This document shows, one piece after another, positions 41,822 to 55,769 of a DNA stretch of 64,000 bases (position 1 is its first letter; each line of letters opens with the position of its first letter). The stretch is taken from contig OX597820.1 in NCBI GenBank assembly GCA_951406725.2, positions 39,618,001 to 39,682,000 on the forward strand, in the 5' to 3' direction. Origin of the DNA: Octopus vulgaris. Its lineage: Eukaryota. Below the pieces are notes generated by a model. The model was given only the letters and a program-made list of their open reading frames with translations, ran no database searches and was not told the DNA's origin. The position numbers and the translations under genes were made by a program.

Positions 41822-44779
41822 TGTGTGTGTATATATATATATATAAGTACATACGCATATACACGAAGGGCATTCAAAAAGTATTCGCCAAAATTTATGC
41901 CGCGTGGGAAAAATCCATAGGGTGGAAGGTGACGCCATTTTCTACGTGACCATGAAAGAGGGAAGGGGAGAGGGAGAGAGAGAGAGAAGGAGAGAGAGAG
42001 GGAGAGAGAGAGAGAAGGAGAGAGAGAGGGAGAGAGAGAGAGAAGGAGAGAGAGAGGGAGAGAGAGAGAAGACCACGAAGAAATTATGGCTTCCAAGGCC
42101 TATATTTCGTTGGGAGATTGCAGTTCGACTATTACAATTACAATACTCTCTACATATCTTATTTTATCAACCTTTGAGTAATAGAACATGAAACCAACCC
42201 GAACGGGACATCGATGTCACGACGTAAAGTTGTGTAATTAAATACTGCAGGTCCTTTTATCTGTCACTCTGTGGATTGTATCACTCCGCCATCAATTCTA
42301 GATCAGGCAAAACATTAATAAAACGATTAATTGCTTTTTATTCTTAAGAATTAACGCTAGAATATTAAATAGCAAATAAAATACTGATCTCCTGGAGCAC
42401 AAACATATATTCAAGTAATAGTGTCAGCTTATTGCTTTATTAGCAGTTTTTCTACATCCAGCTTTATTATAACAATAATCATAATAACTGCAGAAGTAAT
42501 TACATAAAACCACACACTTAAATGCTGCACGTGTCATAAAAGTTCGTGTATATTTCCCTTTCATATTTTGCTAATTCCACCATCGCGTGTAAAAGAAATA
42601 ATATAGAAAAACGTGATACCGTTAAAAACGTGAATTATAGAATTCGTTGCTGGTATTTTCTGTGACGAACACATAAGACATACGTTTCAGTGTAATCTCA
42701 TACGTACGGACACGTTTAGGTTTTCAAATAGGATCGAAGAATTTCGAATACATTAAATATGTTTACGTAGACCACTCAATTTAACTTCACCGCTGTAATT
42801 TTTAATCATAGTTTATGCGCGTGTGTGTGTGTTTGGGTGGGGAGAAGAGAAGAGAAAGAGTGAGAGCAAAAATAAAAGAAAGAAGGAGAGAGAGAGAGAG
42901 CGAGAGAGTGTTAATGCGTTTGATGTCGGATCTTTGAAAGATTGGAAATGCTTTGCTATAATTGTTTTTGTTTTTGAAGAAGACAAGAGGTGAGAAGTCA
43001 GAACATTAGGTTCACGACACAGTTTCAATTCTGTGTTGTAGGTAATTCAATTTATTTATGGCCTATCATTAACTACAAATATAAGCAACGATGGAAATGT
43101 AGAAACAAAAGAGGAGACTATGATGCTGCTGCTGCTGATGATGATGATGATAACGACGACGACAACGATGATGATGGTTATGACAATAACGACGACGATG
43201 GCGATGATGATGTTGATGAAAGCTAACTGACAAAGTTGTTACAAGGATGGATAAATTGCCTTATGGTGCTTGTATAAACACTCTGCACTTTGAGTTCAAA
43301 TCCCGTTGAAATCAAATATACCATTCGTCTTTTAGAAGTCGATAAAAATGTAACAATCCAGAGCTGTGGATTTTCAGAATTGCTCGAGCATCGAGCAAAA
43401 GGACTTGGGATATCTGTTCCAGCGCTTTGCTTTGGGATGGTAACACTTGAGACGACGCTGGAGCCACGTTGCATCGGTGGCCTACAGAAAAGAGAGTTGT
43501 ATGCATGGGAAATTTATAGTCCTCCACGATTTTCCTTACTCGAGTCTAACACTAACTAATCCTTCATGACGATGATGTCGATAAAGTTCATAATGTTGGT
43601 AATGTTGTTGCTGTTGGTTAGTTCCACGTAAATTCTGATTAAACATTCCGTTAATGAATACCTTCCAGCGAAGACACTCCAAGCTTGCTTCCAGTCTCTG
43701 TATCAGAACTGCATTATCTGAAGTATCCTTCCCTTTTAAAGAAGATAATCTGTAGCTCGAGAGCGATTTGACTGCTATACCTAGCAAGCTGAGTGACCAC
43801 TTAAAAGGTTCCCTCATTGGCATCTCATTATAATTATGTTTGATCACAAAGCAATTGGGTTCGCAAAATTGTTAATATGTCAGACAAAATGCCTTGTATG
43901 TTTGTTCTAGTTTTTTATATCCCGCATTCACATCACACCGAAATCAACTTTGCCTTTTTATCCCTCTAGGGTTGACAAAACAAAGCGCTAAGTTTCATAT
44001 GATTGACTATTATCTCCTTCAAAATTTAAGGTCTTGTGTTTATATTTGAAGTAATTATTATTTCTTCCAGCTTTTTAGATTAAATTTTGCTGACATCATC
44101 ATTGTCTTTCATCCTGTAAACTTTTTAGGCCATTGTCTAATAGCTTTCTACGTAGTAAAAAGCAATTAGTTTATATGTTGATGATGATAACCAGCTACAT
44201 GATTAACGGTTTCTACTTACACGACTGATCAAACCAGCCACATTACTGGTGTGGAACAATCAATCAGATATTCAGTACATTTGGTGTTTGATATTTTTGG
44301 TTGAAATATATGACAATAGTTTTAAAATGTTCAGTGTTTAGTTAAAAGACTTAGAACATAGTCAATGAACCTTTATCAGGGACCCTGACAGTTATGGGAG
44401 AAGGAAAGATGTCAGCCTCAGAGTAGAAACTTCACCCGAAAGCTTGAAATGGATTGGACTTCCCTGAAGGCATCTAAGATTCTGATGGTGACTATGCAAG
44501 AACCGGATCGATCTCCCAGGTGGACTTCGAAATGTAGTTTCTGTATAACAAATTTTACCCACATGGATTCGGTCGACGCCAGTCAATAATAAAATACATT
44601 TGGCAACTCAAGATGCGGTGTAGTGGGATTGAACTTGAAATTACCAATTATAAATCGTAATTCTTAACCATATAACCATACAAAAATTAGAAATAAATAT
44701 CACATAAATAAAATAATTGTTCATAAAAAGACAAACGAGCCCTATATTCTGTACGTAAACGCATGTCTATGAAAATAAT

Positions 44780-45205
44780 AGGGCGGTAGAGAGAATCGTT
44801 ACAACGTCAGAAAAAAGACCACGTAATATTTCTTCTTGTTCTTTACGTTCTGATTTCTAATCACTCCGAGGTCAGCTTTGCTTTTCATCTTTCCTGGTGC
44901 CAGTCGAGTACTAAGGTCGGCTAACCACCTCCCTCAAATTTTACGGCTTGAGCCTATATTAAAAATAATTACGTGCCGAGATTAAGGCAAAAATTAATAA
45001 TGCCCAGAATAATCACAAGCTGCAAATTTGTTTAGAAAAGGATCAGGCGGTTATACTGATAACTCTATTTGACTGCTAATGAATTTTACCGATTCTGAAG
45101 GGAAGCGAGACAAAGAGGGTCTCGGCGGTATTTTACTTTTGAACCAGAACAAATGCTGCAAAGTAGTTAGTTTGTTATTCTAACGGTTCTGCCAATCAAC
45201 CGCCA
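44780..45205. mobile_element. Two old SINE family D copies in opposite orientation
   Basis: 44780-44970 (+): gggcggtag..aatcgtta..ttacgttctgatttc..ccgaggtcagctttgcttttcatc. 45040-45205 (-): ctcggcggtatttt..ctaacggttctgccaatcaaccgcc. Confidence 0.6.
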
Positions 45206-46315
45206 CACAAGACAGCATCATCACGAACTCCAGAACAAAAACTTATCTCCAGAGAGTAGCAATCTGGAATGAATATTAATCGATCATTTGTCTTTTGATT
45301 TACGTACACGACTAATACTTATATTGTTTATTCGTTTCAACCACTCCGCTGTGATTATGATGTTGTACCACCTCCAAGTCAATCATATCAACGAAAGTGG
45401 CATTTAATTCAGTCTGCTACTTATTTTAGGCTTCCTGTACCATTTTAACTGGAGAATCCGTGACCAGGGAATATTCAAGCAATATAAAACGAAGAAATCT
45501 CAGCAAAGTCTCCTTCCCATTCAATAGGGTTTCGCAGCAGTTACTTTTGTTCCTGCGTGAACTGTGCATAATAACACACTGAAGTTTATGTCTTTAAAAA
45601 GGAAGAAACAAAACTGCTGTTTTGGTGCCACTAATGCGGTTCTTTGGTGTCTAATTTTAAATCGTTTGCTGTTAATATAGTTCTATAAACTTGACACAAT
45701 ATATTGCAACAACCCACTCTATTAATTAACAAGAATACTGAACTGTTATATTACTGCAACTGAAGTGGTTATTTGTTAGTAAATTGTAAGCCATTACCTG
45801 TATATATCATTTTATAAAGATAATGGAAACTTTTAATCTCAAAGGAATTTCTAACCAAAGGAAAGCGACTAATTGGGTATCTAATCTTAAAAATACACCT
45901 ATACTAGTAAGTAGTAGTAGTTGACATTCACCGAAATAGTGATTCTAGTATCAGATCCACTCTAGTAAATCAGAAGTTAATCTCGCAAGCCCATGACCAG
46001 GAACATCAGTTAGAAGTTGTGAACGTCTCACTACTCAGAATCAAGCGTACAAACGATCGCGTGTATCTTTTTGCCCGTGAAATTTCAAGTAATGGAGTTT
46101 TGAGAAAAGCTGTTAAATATTTTAATACAATTGTGCAGACCACTTTTTCATTCACAAACACTCTCACACACGCATGTATATGGCAATAGTCATAAAACGA
46201 TCACGAAATAATTCGTCGATGAAGGAAACAATATATTTTAAGATTAGAGAATAAACTGAAAAAGAAAATGTATTCAAGCCTCATTAATATGGTTTCACTG
46301 TTCTGATAGACTTCG

Positions 46316-46540
46316 TATGTATGTATGTATGTATGTATGTATGTATGTATGTATGTATGTATGTATGTATGTATGTATGTATGTATGTATGTATGTATGT
46401 ATGTATGTATGTATGTATGTATGTATGTATGTATGTATGTATGCATGTATGTATGCATGTATGTACATATGTATGTGTGTACGCGCACGATTGTGTGTAT
46501 GCATGTATGTATTTATGTATGCATGTATGTATGAATGTAT
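46316..46540. repeat. (TATG)n microsatellite
   Basis: Pure TATG run decaying at the 3' end; representative of many TA, TATC, TATG and CA arrays in the window. Confidence 0.97.
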
Positions 46541-46906
46541 GTATGGTATGAGAGCGGGTTGTATATGTACTTCATTGTCACATTCACTGACATCCGTCTT
46601 CATTTTCGCTCATTTTGCTTTTACTGCTGATCGTATCTGCAAAACATGGTTAAACAGACAGCGCTCTCTAAGACTCTCGTCAAAATTGAAATTAATGCAC
46701 ACAGACACACGCGCACACATGCACAGACATGGACACAGACATGGACATACACAGACACACAGACACACACACACATACACACAAACACTCACACATACAC
46801 ATACATTTATATATTTTTTGATATTTTAGTAAATATATATATACACACACACAAAGATATATAAACACCTACGTATGTATATATATATGCATATATATAT
46901 ATATAC

Positions 46907-46948
<42 letters not shown>

Positions 46949-46988
46949 CATATATATACATATATATATATATATATACATATATATG

Positions 46989-47036
<48 letters not shown>

Positions 47037-47199
47037 TATATATATATTTATATTTATATATATATACACACATCTCTATATATATGCATATGCTAATTAA
47101 TATGCAGTGTGCATGCTGAATACGTTTATATTTTATTTCTATTTTTTAGTGTCATTTCTGTTGCTATCGTTGCTAACACTGACACTCATATGTTTTCAT

Positions 47200-47257
<58 letters not shown>

Positions 47258-47447
47258 CCACCACCATCATCATCATCATCATCACCATCATCGTCATCAT
47301 CATCATCAATGGTCACCATCACCAAGTACCACCACTACACCTACCTTCTTGAGAGCAACGTACACCATGAACAATGCTTTCCTTTTCTTTCTTTATTGTT
47401 GCATGCTAATTTGATATTGCTGTTCTTGATGCAACCACCATCACCTT

Positions 47448-47529
<82 letters not shown>

Positions 47530-47538
47530 TCTGTTGCA

Positions 47539-47580
<42 letters not shown>

Positions 47581-47581
47581 T

Positions 47582-47637
<56 letters not shown>

Positions 47638-47685
47638 ATTCTTCTTCTTCTCCTTCTTCTCTTTCTTCTTCTCTTTCTTCTTCTT

Positions 47686-47780
<95 letters not shown>

Positions 47781-47795
47781 CATTATTATTATTAT
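47200..47795. repeat. Compound trinucleotide array (CAT, CTA, CTG, TTA, CTT, TTA)
   Basis: Consecutive blocks of different triplets, visible directly. Confidence 0.95.
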
Positions 47796-48293
47796 AGCAG
47801 CAGTTGATGTTGTTATTTTAATGTTTGGTTTGTCTTGTTAGTATTATTATCATTGTCATTATTTTCAATTTCAACGTATTCTCTCATTTTCGTTGTTGTT
47901 TGGCGCTTCAGGGTTCAGGCTTCCAAGACACGAATACTGCCATGTTGTGTTGTAAAACACAATTAAGCACATAACGAAGATAAGATAAATTTTTAATTGG
48001 TCATCAAAATGCAAGTGGAAAACACTATTACAAACTAAAGCTTGTCCACAGATCGTCTCTCTCTAATTAATCACCCCGCACCTACGTACGTTACTCTATG
48101 TCATACGAGCGCATCTTGCACATTTAGCAGTGATTTTACAATCTTTAATTTTCCCCTTTCAATGGCGCAGTATACATACATATATACATATATACATGAA
48201 TGCATATTCATACACACACATACATATGTTCGAGTATGTAAGCATGCATACACACATCACACACACACAAACACACAGACAAAGTCACATATA

Positions 48294-48341
<48 letters not shown>

Positions 48342-48535
48342 CATACATACATACATTTATATATATATACAAATATATATATTTACTTAGCACTAAATTG
48401 CTTTTAGCCATACATCTAAGTACACACAATCTCGCTCAAACTATACACTCTCTTAAATGCATAGAGACATGAGCAAGTTTGCGGAGATCCGTGTCATACA
48501 TGTTAGACTCACCGTGCATTCATTTTTATTTCTGT

Positions 48536-48580
<45 letters not shown>

Positions 48581-49114
48581 TATGTTTATATATATATATA
48601 TATATAAATATTTTTTCTTTAGTTTTGGCTTAACAGGTCTCAATGTTTGTGTTATTGTTATTCTCCTTGTCCTGTCCTTTACTGTTTATATTTTGTACTG
48701 TCTTTACTGTCTTGTTGTTGTTACCAATTTTACCCCTCCGCAAAAAAATCTCAAATTTTATTTAATTTGCCTTTTGCGGGAAGGAATGTTTTATAGAAGT
48801 CGTGTCTCGCCTTGACCTTCGAAACGCAGAGTAGATGGAACAGAGGCGACTGAAGAAGAGGAATTATCCTTGTATTGTATATCCCGTACTCTATTCTTTC
48901 GTTGTTTAAGAAAAATGTCCATTTCCTTGGTTTTGTGTATATATTTTCGTTTCTCATTGTGTTCGACGTTTTTTTGGTGTCCTGTACCCATATATGCATG
49001 TATATACATGTAGAGGTAGGTAGTACATATATGTATGTATATATGCATATGTTTTATATTATTTATTAATTTATTATATGACGGAACGCACGCATCCATT
49101 TCTAAGTAAGTTTG

Positions 49115-49193
<79 letters not shown>

Positions 49194-49231
49194 TATATAT
49201 CTACTTAGCTATGTATATATAATGTGCATAT

Positions 49232-49270
<39 letters not shown>

Positions 49271-50589
49271 TATAAATATTATATTATATAAATGCTATTT
49301 CAGCTATACATATTCACGCAATCACCCTTACGTGATGATACATGGATACATGCTATGCCTACATACCTATAACAGAGATTTTGTATATGCTTGGCACGAA
49401 TTTATGGTATATTCATACATATACTATGATGAAACATTTGGAATCTCTTGAACGGTCTATGCCAGATTTGGAGTTATTCATATGAATATAACTGCGAACG
49501 TACATTATGATATATATTAAAAGCTAAAGATGTTTGTTGTAGGCAGAAACGCCATGATGCAGTGTTAAACACCTAGCAGTAATCACTTATTTGCATTTTG
49601 AATTAAAATTCCCATAGACCTCATTTTGTTTTTATTCCAACCGCATAGCATTCATAAAGTAATGACTCAATCAAATTTTTTTTTGACTTAACCTGGTGTC
49701 CTCATTCGTGATTTTATATCCTTATGCCATAAATTTAATAAATGAACCTCCTTTATATCATATTTTGAACTGCCACTCTTGGTTCTCTGTGTCGGGCGTA
49801 CCTTAAAGTGGAGCGTTTTTTTCTTATCTGATTTTCAATTTCGTGATGGCAAATCAAAATAACTAGTGCTTTTTTTCCCCACTTTTTCCACTTTTCGATG
49901 CATGATTGGAGACAGAAGATATTGTCGCACAGTTCTAAGCTTTAACACCAGTTATTTTGACGTCAATTTTACGGCACAACCCCATGATGAATTCGAAAAC
50001 CGAAAAAATCGCTCCACTCTAGTGTACATAGGTACGTGTAAAAAAAAGACACCCTTCTCACTTCCCCCCAAAACCCAACCAAAGAATTAAACAAAAACAA
50101 GCAAAACAAAAGGACCTGACTATATATAGGGAATAATACATTATAAAATCCTCCTGTGTATTTCCGCGAGATGTATAGCATCTCACCTTAAAGGTTTTTT
50201 CTAAGTATTCGTAGACAATAAACCTGTCGGAAAGCCCAAAAGCGAAATACATTACCTGCAGAACATAAAGAGGGGCTTTTGCGAAATCAAAACAGATCAT
50301 TAGCCACACCATTTCCACCTGCGAGATAATGTTACCAACATAGTAACTCTCGAAATGGCATGATATTATAGGAAGAGCAGTCTTGATTAAAATAAGTAAG
50401 ATTAAAGATAATAACTAATGAAGATAAAATGATGACATTTAGATTATTGCTGAGAATGAATATTGGTTATAGCTAAACGTTATAGCTCGCGACTGATATC
50501 GTTATTAGGACCGAAAAATAAAGTATGATCAACATAGATATTCTGTGCAGCTGATTCCAGCGTGGTAAAACCAAATAAATTAAAGAAAC

Positions 50590-50770
50590 AGCTTACAGTT
50601 GTTTTTCTAGGATATTATGGATATCCTTATTTCGAACTCAAATATTTACCTCTATCTAACCATCTCATGTCATCTGATGAAAACGGATATCCATAATATC
50701 ACAGAAACAGCCGTAAGACTATATCTGTATCTTTTCCTTATAAATGTCCTGGAAATTCCTAACAGCCTTG
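50590..50770. mobile_element. Penelope-like terminal-repeat remnant, inverted partial duplicate, hammerhead-like core
   Basis: CTGATGA aaacg GATAT ccata ATATC aca GAAA cagccg TA at 50674-50715; inverted ggatattatggatatcc..tacagttgttt copy at 50590-50630. Confidence 0.55.
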
Positions 50771-50790
50771 GCTTTGTTATCACATTTTGT

Positions 50791-50865
<75 letters not shown>

Positions 50866-50939
50866 GTGTGTATGTATGTGTGTGTGTGTATGTGTGAGTG
50901 TGTATGAAAAATCCTGGAATGTTTCGCGCATATCTTTGG

Positions 50940-51644
50940 GATTGTAAGCCGTATCAGATCCTAAAATTGCAGCCAATGCATAATAGTAAAGATACAATCG
51001 TTTCTATATGGGATCTTAAGTCCTCCTGTACCGTGTGGCGCATTGGGTGATAATGCTTCTCCAACGTGTCAATGGATTTGAGGTCATCGATGAAGGAGCG
51101 AAACCAAGTTGCTTTTAATCGCTCTTCTTTTCTCTTGCCATGCGATGGCTTCCACAAAATGGTGGTTTTAGCATGCTGCGAAGATGGTAATCGGAAAGGT
51201 ATGGTAGCTGAAATACATTGAGTCTCCGCGCGATCTTTGCCGATGTCTTCCACATTTCCGCCGTGTTTATTGCCGATGGTATGACGATACTGTTGAAGAG
51301 GTGCACTTTGGTCTTGGTGGAGATCACCCTGCCTGCTCAGTTAGGTTTGAGTCTTTGAAAGGCAACCGAGGCCTTCCCGATCTGGCAGGCAACGTCGCAT
51401 TCGGCGTCTCCGTCGTTGGCCACGACGCTGCCCAAATAGGTGAACTCATGAACTTCTCCGATTTGGTGTTGTCCAATCATCAAGGGGACAACATTTTTGT
51501 TCCCATCGACATATTCAATCCTCATGGTCTTCGTCTTGTTTGCACTAATGCAGAGTCCGATCTTGGCCGCCTTCCGTTCCAATCAATCTGTCATTGTGCG
51601 AATGACATTCTTCGCCACTCCGAGGAGCGCGATGTCATCGGCGA

Positions 51645-51648
<4 letters not shown>
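50940..51648 (-). mobile_element. RTE-clade LINE reverse transcriptase 3' fragment (5' truncated, decayed)
   Basis: Minus strand begins FADDIALL, then GLCISANKTKTM, VHEFTYLGSVVANDG, IGKASVAFQRL, ISTKTKVHLFNSIVIP and WKPSHGKRK..RLKATW. Confidence 0.92.
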
Positions 51649-51698
<50 letters not shown>

Positions 51699-52206
51699 TT
51701 TGGGGATTTGGTTTGCAAGATTCTTTATGTGAGTTCGTGTGTTGAAGCATATTCTGTTGGAAATTTTACCGATGAATGTGTTGAATCATAAAGCACTAAA
51801 AGAGAATGACTCTCCCCACACACAACAGAATATATATATATATATATACACAGGCATACATTTACACTCCAACATATACGTATATAATAAATGTATATAT
51901 TACATATGTACACACACATATATATACACATATACATCCTCCTATCACCCTCCTATCACTCACCTACAACCGCAGATGTACAAGCATATGCATATCTGTA
52001 TAAAAGAAGGAGACGTTTGCATGAAAGTCGCACTTATGCACCGGACACAGTCCTACACTCATATACATACATACATACACGCGTACACATATATACATAC
52101 GCACACACTTATACATTTAATATATACATAGATATACATATACTCACACATGTACACATTCACAAAATTAAAAAGGAAAAAATTAGCATACATATATACA
52201 TACTTA

Positions 52207-53102
52207 CAGGGTGCGATGGGTAAAGTGTCCCCATTTCATATTTTTAATTTCGCGTATGCGCTTTGTCTGTTTTTGATTTTGTCGGCTACAGAGTATTGTA
52301 GAATCAGTTGCGCACCGTCTGTGAGAAGACCAGCACTACGACGCAATTCACTCTGCCAGAAATTTGGAAACGACATGATGCATGGCTTGGCGTTCGCGCC
52401 GGAAGCACCAACAAGAAGTGTTTGAGTGTCAATCTGATGACAGTACAATCTGAGGACAGTGAAGGCTGAGGACATGTACAGGGAGGGATAAAAATCAAAC
52501 ATCCAGTCAACATCATGGTGTTTGGAGTGATCACTAGTGATGGTGACGTTATACTTCCATTCATATTTCCACATGGCCTCAGACTCAACACGGAGGCCTA
52601 CATCAAGTGCCTGGAGGAGATAGTTCTGCTCTGGATCAAGAAGGTGGCCGCTAGTAGACCCTATGTCTAGCAACAAGACTCTGTATCATGCCACACAGGC
52701 AGGAGAACCCAGTAATATCTGTCAAATAATTTCTGCGACCACACCACCCCTACCATCTGGCCACCTAACACCCCAGACTGCAACTCACTTGATCATTATG
52801 TGCGGGGTGCAGTTGTACGAGAGACCAATAAAACTTCTTGCAACACTAAAGATGAACTGAAGGCAAGGATTATGGCAGCAGTCACCAACTTAAACAAGGA
52901 GACCGCTCACAATAGTTGCAGGAGGTTTCGAAGTCATCTGGAGGGTCCGTGGTTGAAGCCAATGGCGATTTTATTGAATAGACTTACTCTTTAGTATTTC
53001 AAGATATTTTAATGTAATTTTGGTAAATATATGTTAAAATGAGATGTCAGTGTTATTTTCATTTTTGCGTAATTTAGACGTCAGTTTATTCACAACACTC
53101 TG
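52207..53102 (+). mobile_element. DD37D (maT-type) family copy, internally deleted, both TIRs present
   Basis: TA|cagggtgcgatgggtaaagtgtc ... cagtttattcacaacactctg|TA; IMVFGVITSDGDVILPFIF and WPPNTPDCNSLDHY. Confidence 0.9.
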
Positions 53103-53112
53103 TATATATATA

Positions 53113-53516
53113 CTCTCTTACTCTTTTACTTGTTTCAGTCATTTGACTGTGGCCATGCTGGAGCACCGCCTTTAGTCGAGCAACTCGACCCCGGGACATA
53201 TTCTTTGTAAGCCCAGTACTTATTCTATCAGTCTCTTTTGCCGAACCGCTAAGTGACGGGGACGTAAACACACCAGCATCGGTTGTCAAGCAATGCTAGG
53301 GGGGACAAACACAGACACACAAACATATACACACATACATATATATACATATATACGACGGGCTTCTTTCAGTTTCCGTCTACCAAATTGACTCACAAGG
53401 CATTGGTCGGCCCGAGGCTATAGCAGAAGACACTTGCCCAAGATGCCACGCAGTAGAACTGAACCCAGAACCATGTGGTTGGTAAGCAAGCTACTTACCA
53501 CACAGCCACTCCTGCG
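53113..53516 (-). mobile_element. SINE family A, full-length young copy
   Basis: Near-identical reverse complement of 57088-57500. An older partial head follows at ~53528-53680. Confidence 0.95.
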
Positions 53517-54482
53517 TATATATATATACGGCGGGAATCTTTCCGTTTCTTTCTACAAAATCCACTCACTAGTCTTCAGTCGGCCTGAAGCTATATTAGA
53601 AGACACTAGATCGATGTGCCACGCAGATGGATTGAACCCAAATTCATGTGATTGAGAAGCAAAGTTCTTCACACTGAGACCCTTCCCATCCCCGCTATAC
53701 ACACGCATATATCGCCAAATACACACTGACCCTCACCCTCTCTCACACACACGTACACTGAAAGACTCCTAATTAGTATTGGATCTGCTTCGGTCATTCA
53801 CCTTACTCTTTCAATTTACTATAATGGCTTACTTGCCACTATCGGCACAATTGTTTCTGTTGTGTGAGTAACACCATTAATACCATCATAACAACCAATA
53901 ATTAATGAAACAAGATAGATTTCCATACAATTTCATATCAATTTCTTTCCATTCCTCTCTGATGTCTCTCTTCTTCATTATCTTGCTCACTTTCTCTATC
54001 TATCTGACTGTCTACTTCTCTGCTTGTCATTCTCATCTCTGTCTGATTGCCTCTCCATCTCTCTATCTCCGGTTTTACTGTTCTGTATCCTAACTCGCTA
54101 TTTACAAGCTTTCATAATTATGTATATTTCTGTTTTTTTTTTTTTCGTTTTCTTCCATAGACTTCTCTCTTTTTGTTTCCATGCCTATTTGTAGTTTTAT
54201 CTTGTTATCTTCTTTTTAAAATGCTCTTACCTCTATCCTCATTATTCTCGAAGTGTTCGAGTCTTTCAAGCCGTTATATTTGGTCCATCTTTTCTTCCCA
54301 CTCCCCTAACATGACTGAGGCGAATTGCCTATGCGCAGGAAATACGCATATGACAGGGTCTCATATATACAACAGAGTGAGATGAAAAAGTTAAGCTCAT
54401 TTGTGATTATCTATGCAATAAATAGAAAACAACCACTGAACGGTAGTTTATACACACACACACACACACATATATATATTCG

Positions 54483-54547
<65 letters not shown>

Positions 54548-54744
54548 CACACATACACACACATATAATTTAGTCTTTGCGAGACTAATAACCTGGTATA
54601 GAACTTAAAAATACGTATGTTACAGAACAGAGTGTTAGATGCGTATGGATCGGTAATAATAAGAAATGGCACAGGAAACACAATGGTTATTCCTAACAAG
54701 GCCATTGTTTTCCCGTGTCACCTCTTTTTCTCATATATATAATA

Positions 54745-55138
54745 CTAGCAGTATCGCCCGGCGTTGCTCGGGTTTGTAAGGGAAATAACTATATAAGCAT
54801 TTTTATACAATGTAAAGTATAATAGCCATCTCAATATGGCTAACCACAAAGGGGGGTGTTACTGTAGCTTTTTACGTTCTGAGATTTAATAATACATTTT
54901 TAGAGAGTTACTTCCCTTATATAATAGCAAAATAAATGGATTACAAATGGGAAAAAATAATGGTAAATTTTTTTTTAAATCGTAGACTCATTGTAGACGC
55001 GCGATAATACCCAGAAGGGCTCGATATGAATCACGACTATAAGATACCCGCTTTTGGTTACACTGCACCGCAAAATGTGGGAGTAGTTAGGAATCTAAAT
55101 CGGAGTAGACGGACACACAACCTTACTTTTATATATAT
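54745..55138 (-). mobile_element. Non-autonomous Helitron (~390 bp)
   Basis: Minus-strand 3' end cccgagcaacgccggg hairpin + cgatactgCTAG|T; 5' atatataaaagtaaggttgtgtgtccgtc resembles the 14937 5' end. Confidence 0.8.
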
Positions 55139-55152
55139 AATATATATATATA

Positions 55153-55696
55153 CAGGGTGTTCCAAAAGAAACAGTGCAGTAGGAATATGCTAATAACCCA
55201 AAGAAACAAAACTCACAGAAAAATACTATTTATTGCAAATATTCACAAATTCAATACCTTATCAACTAAAGTACGATTGAGGATTGACTCGTGCAGTAAG
55301 ATATGATCTACAATAACTGTTGAAAGTGTGCGCCATTCACCTGCAGACATAAACGAGCGCGACGCTGCGTGTTTTGAAAAACACACTCAAGTTCATCAGG
55401 TTTGATGTTTTGAATAACACTTGTTATTTTCTGCTTCAGTTCATCCGTAGTTCGAGGATTGTCTGCATACACTGAGTCTTTCAATTTGCCCCACAAATAA
55501 AAGTCAGGAGGTGTTAAATCCGGTGATCGAGGTGGCCACAAACCACGAGAGATCACACGATCCCCAAAGACATCACCAACTGCAGCCATACTGACACGAA
55601 AACATTTTCAACTATAAATATCCTTTCTTGTGTTCAGTGCACTGTTTCTTTATGTATACCTATGAAAATGTTCAGTGCACTGTTTCTTTTGGAAAG
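55153..55696 (-). mobile_element. Deleted Tc1/mariner element (rosa/DD41D- or maT-like C-terminus) with TIRs
   Basis: TA|cagggtgttccaaaagaaacagtgca and tgcactgtttcttttggaa (duplicated at 55638 and 55676); ORF 55308-55589 WPPRSPDLTPPDFYLWGKLK..NGAHFQQLL. Confidence 0.9.
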
Positions 55697-55769
55697 TATA
55701 TATATATATACATACATACATACACATACATATTTGAATATATATGCAACTCTACGGTAACAGTGGGAG

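Noticed and set aside
51301-51745. 143-aa and 82-aa plus-strand ORFs
   Set aside because: Antisense to the RTE reverse transcriptase fragment and run into (TA)n.
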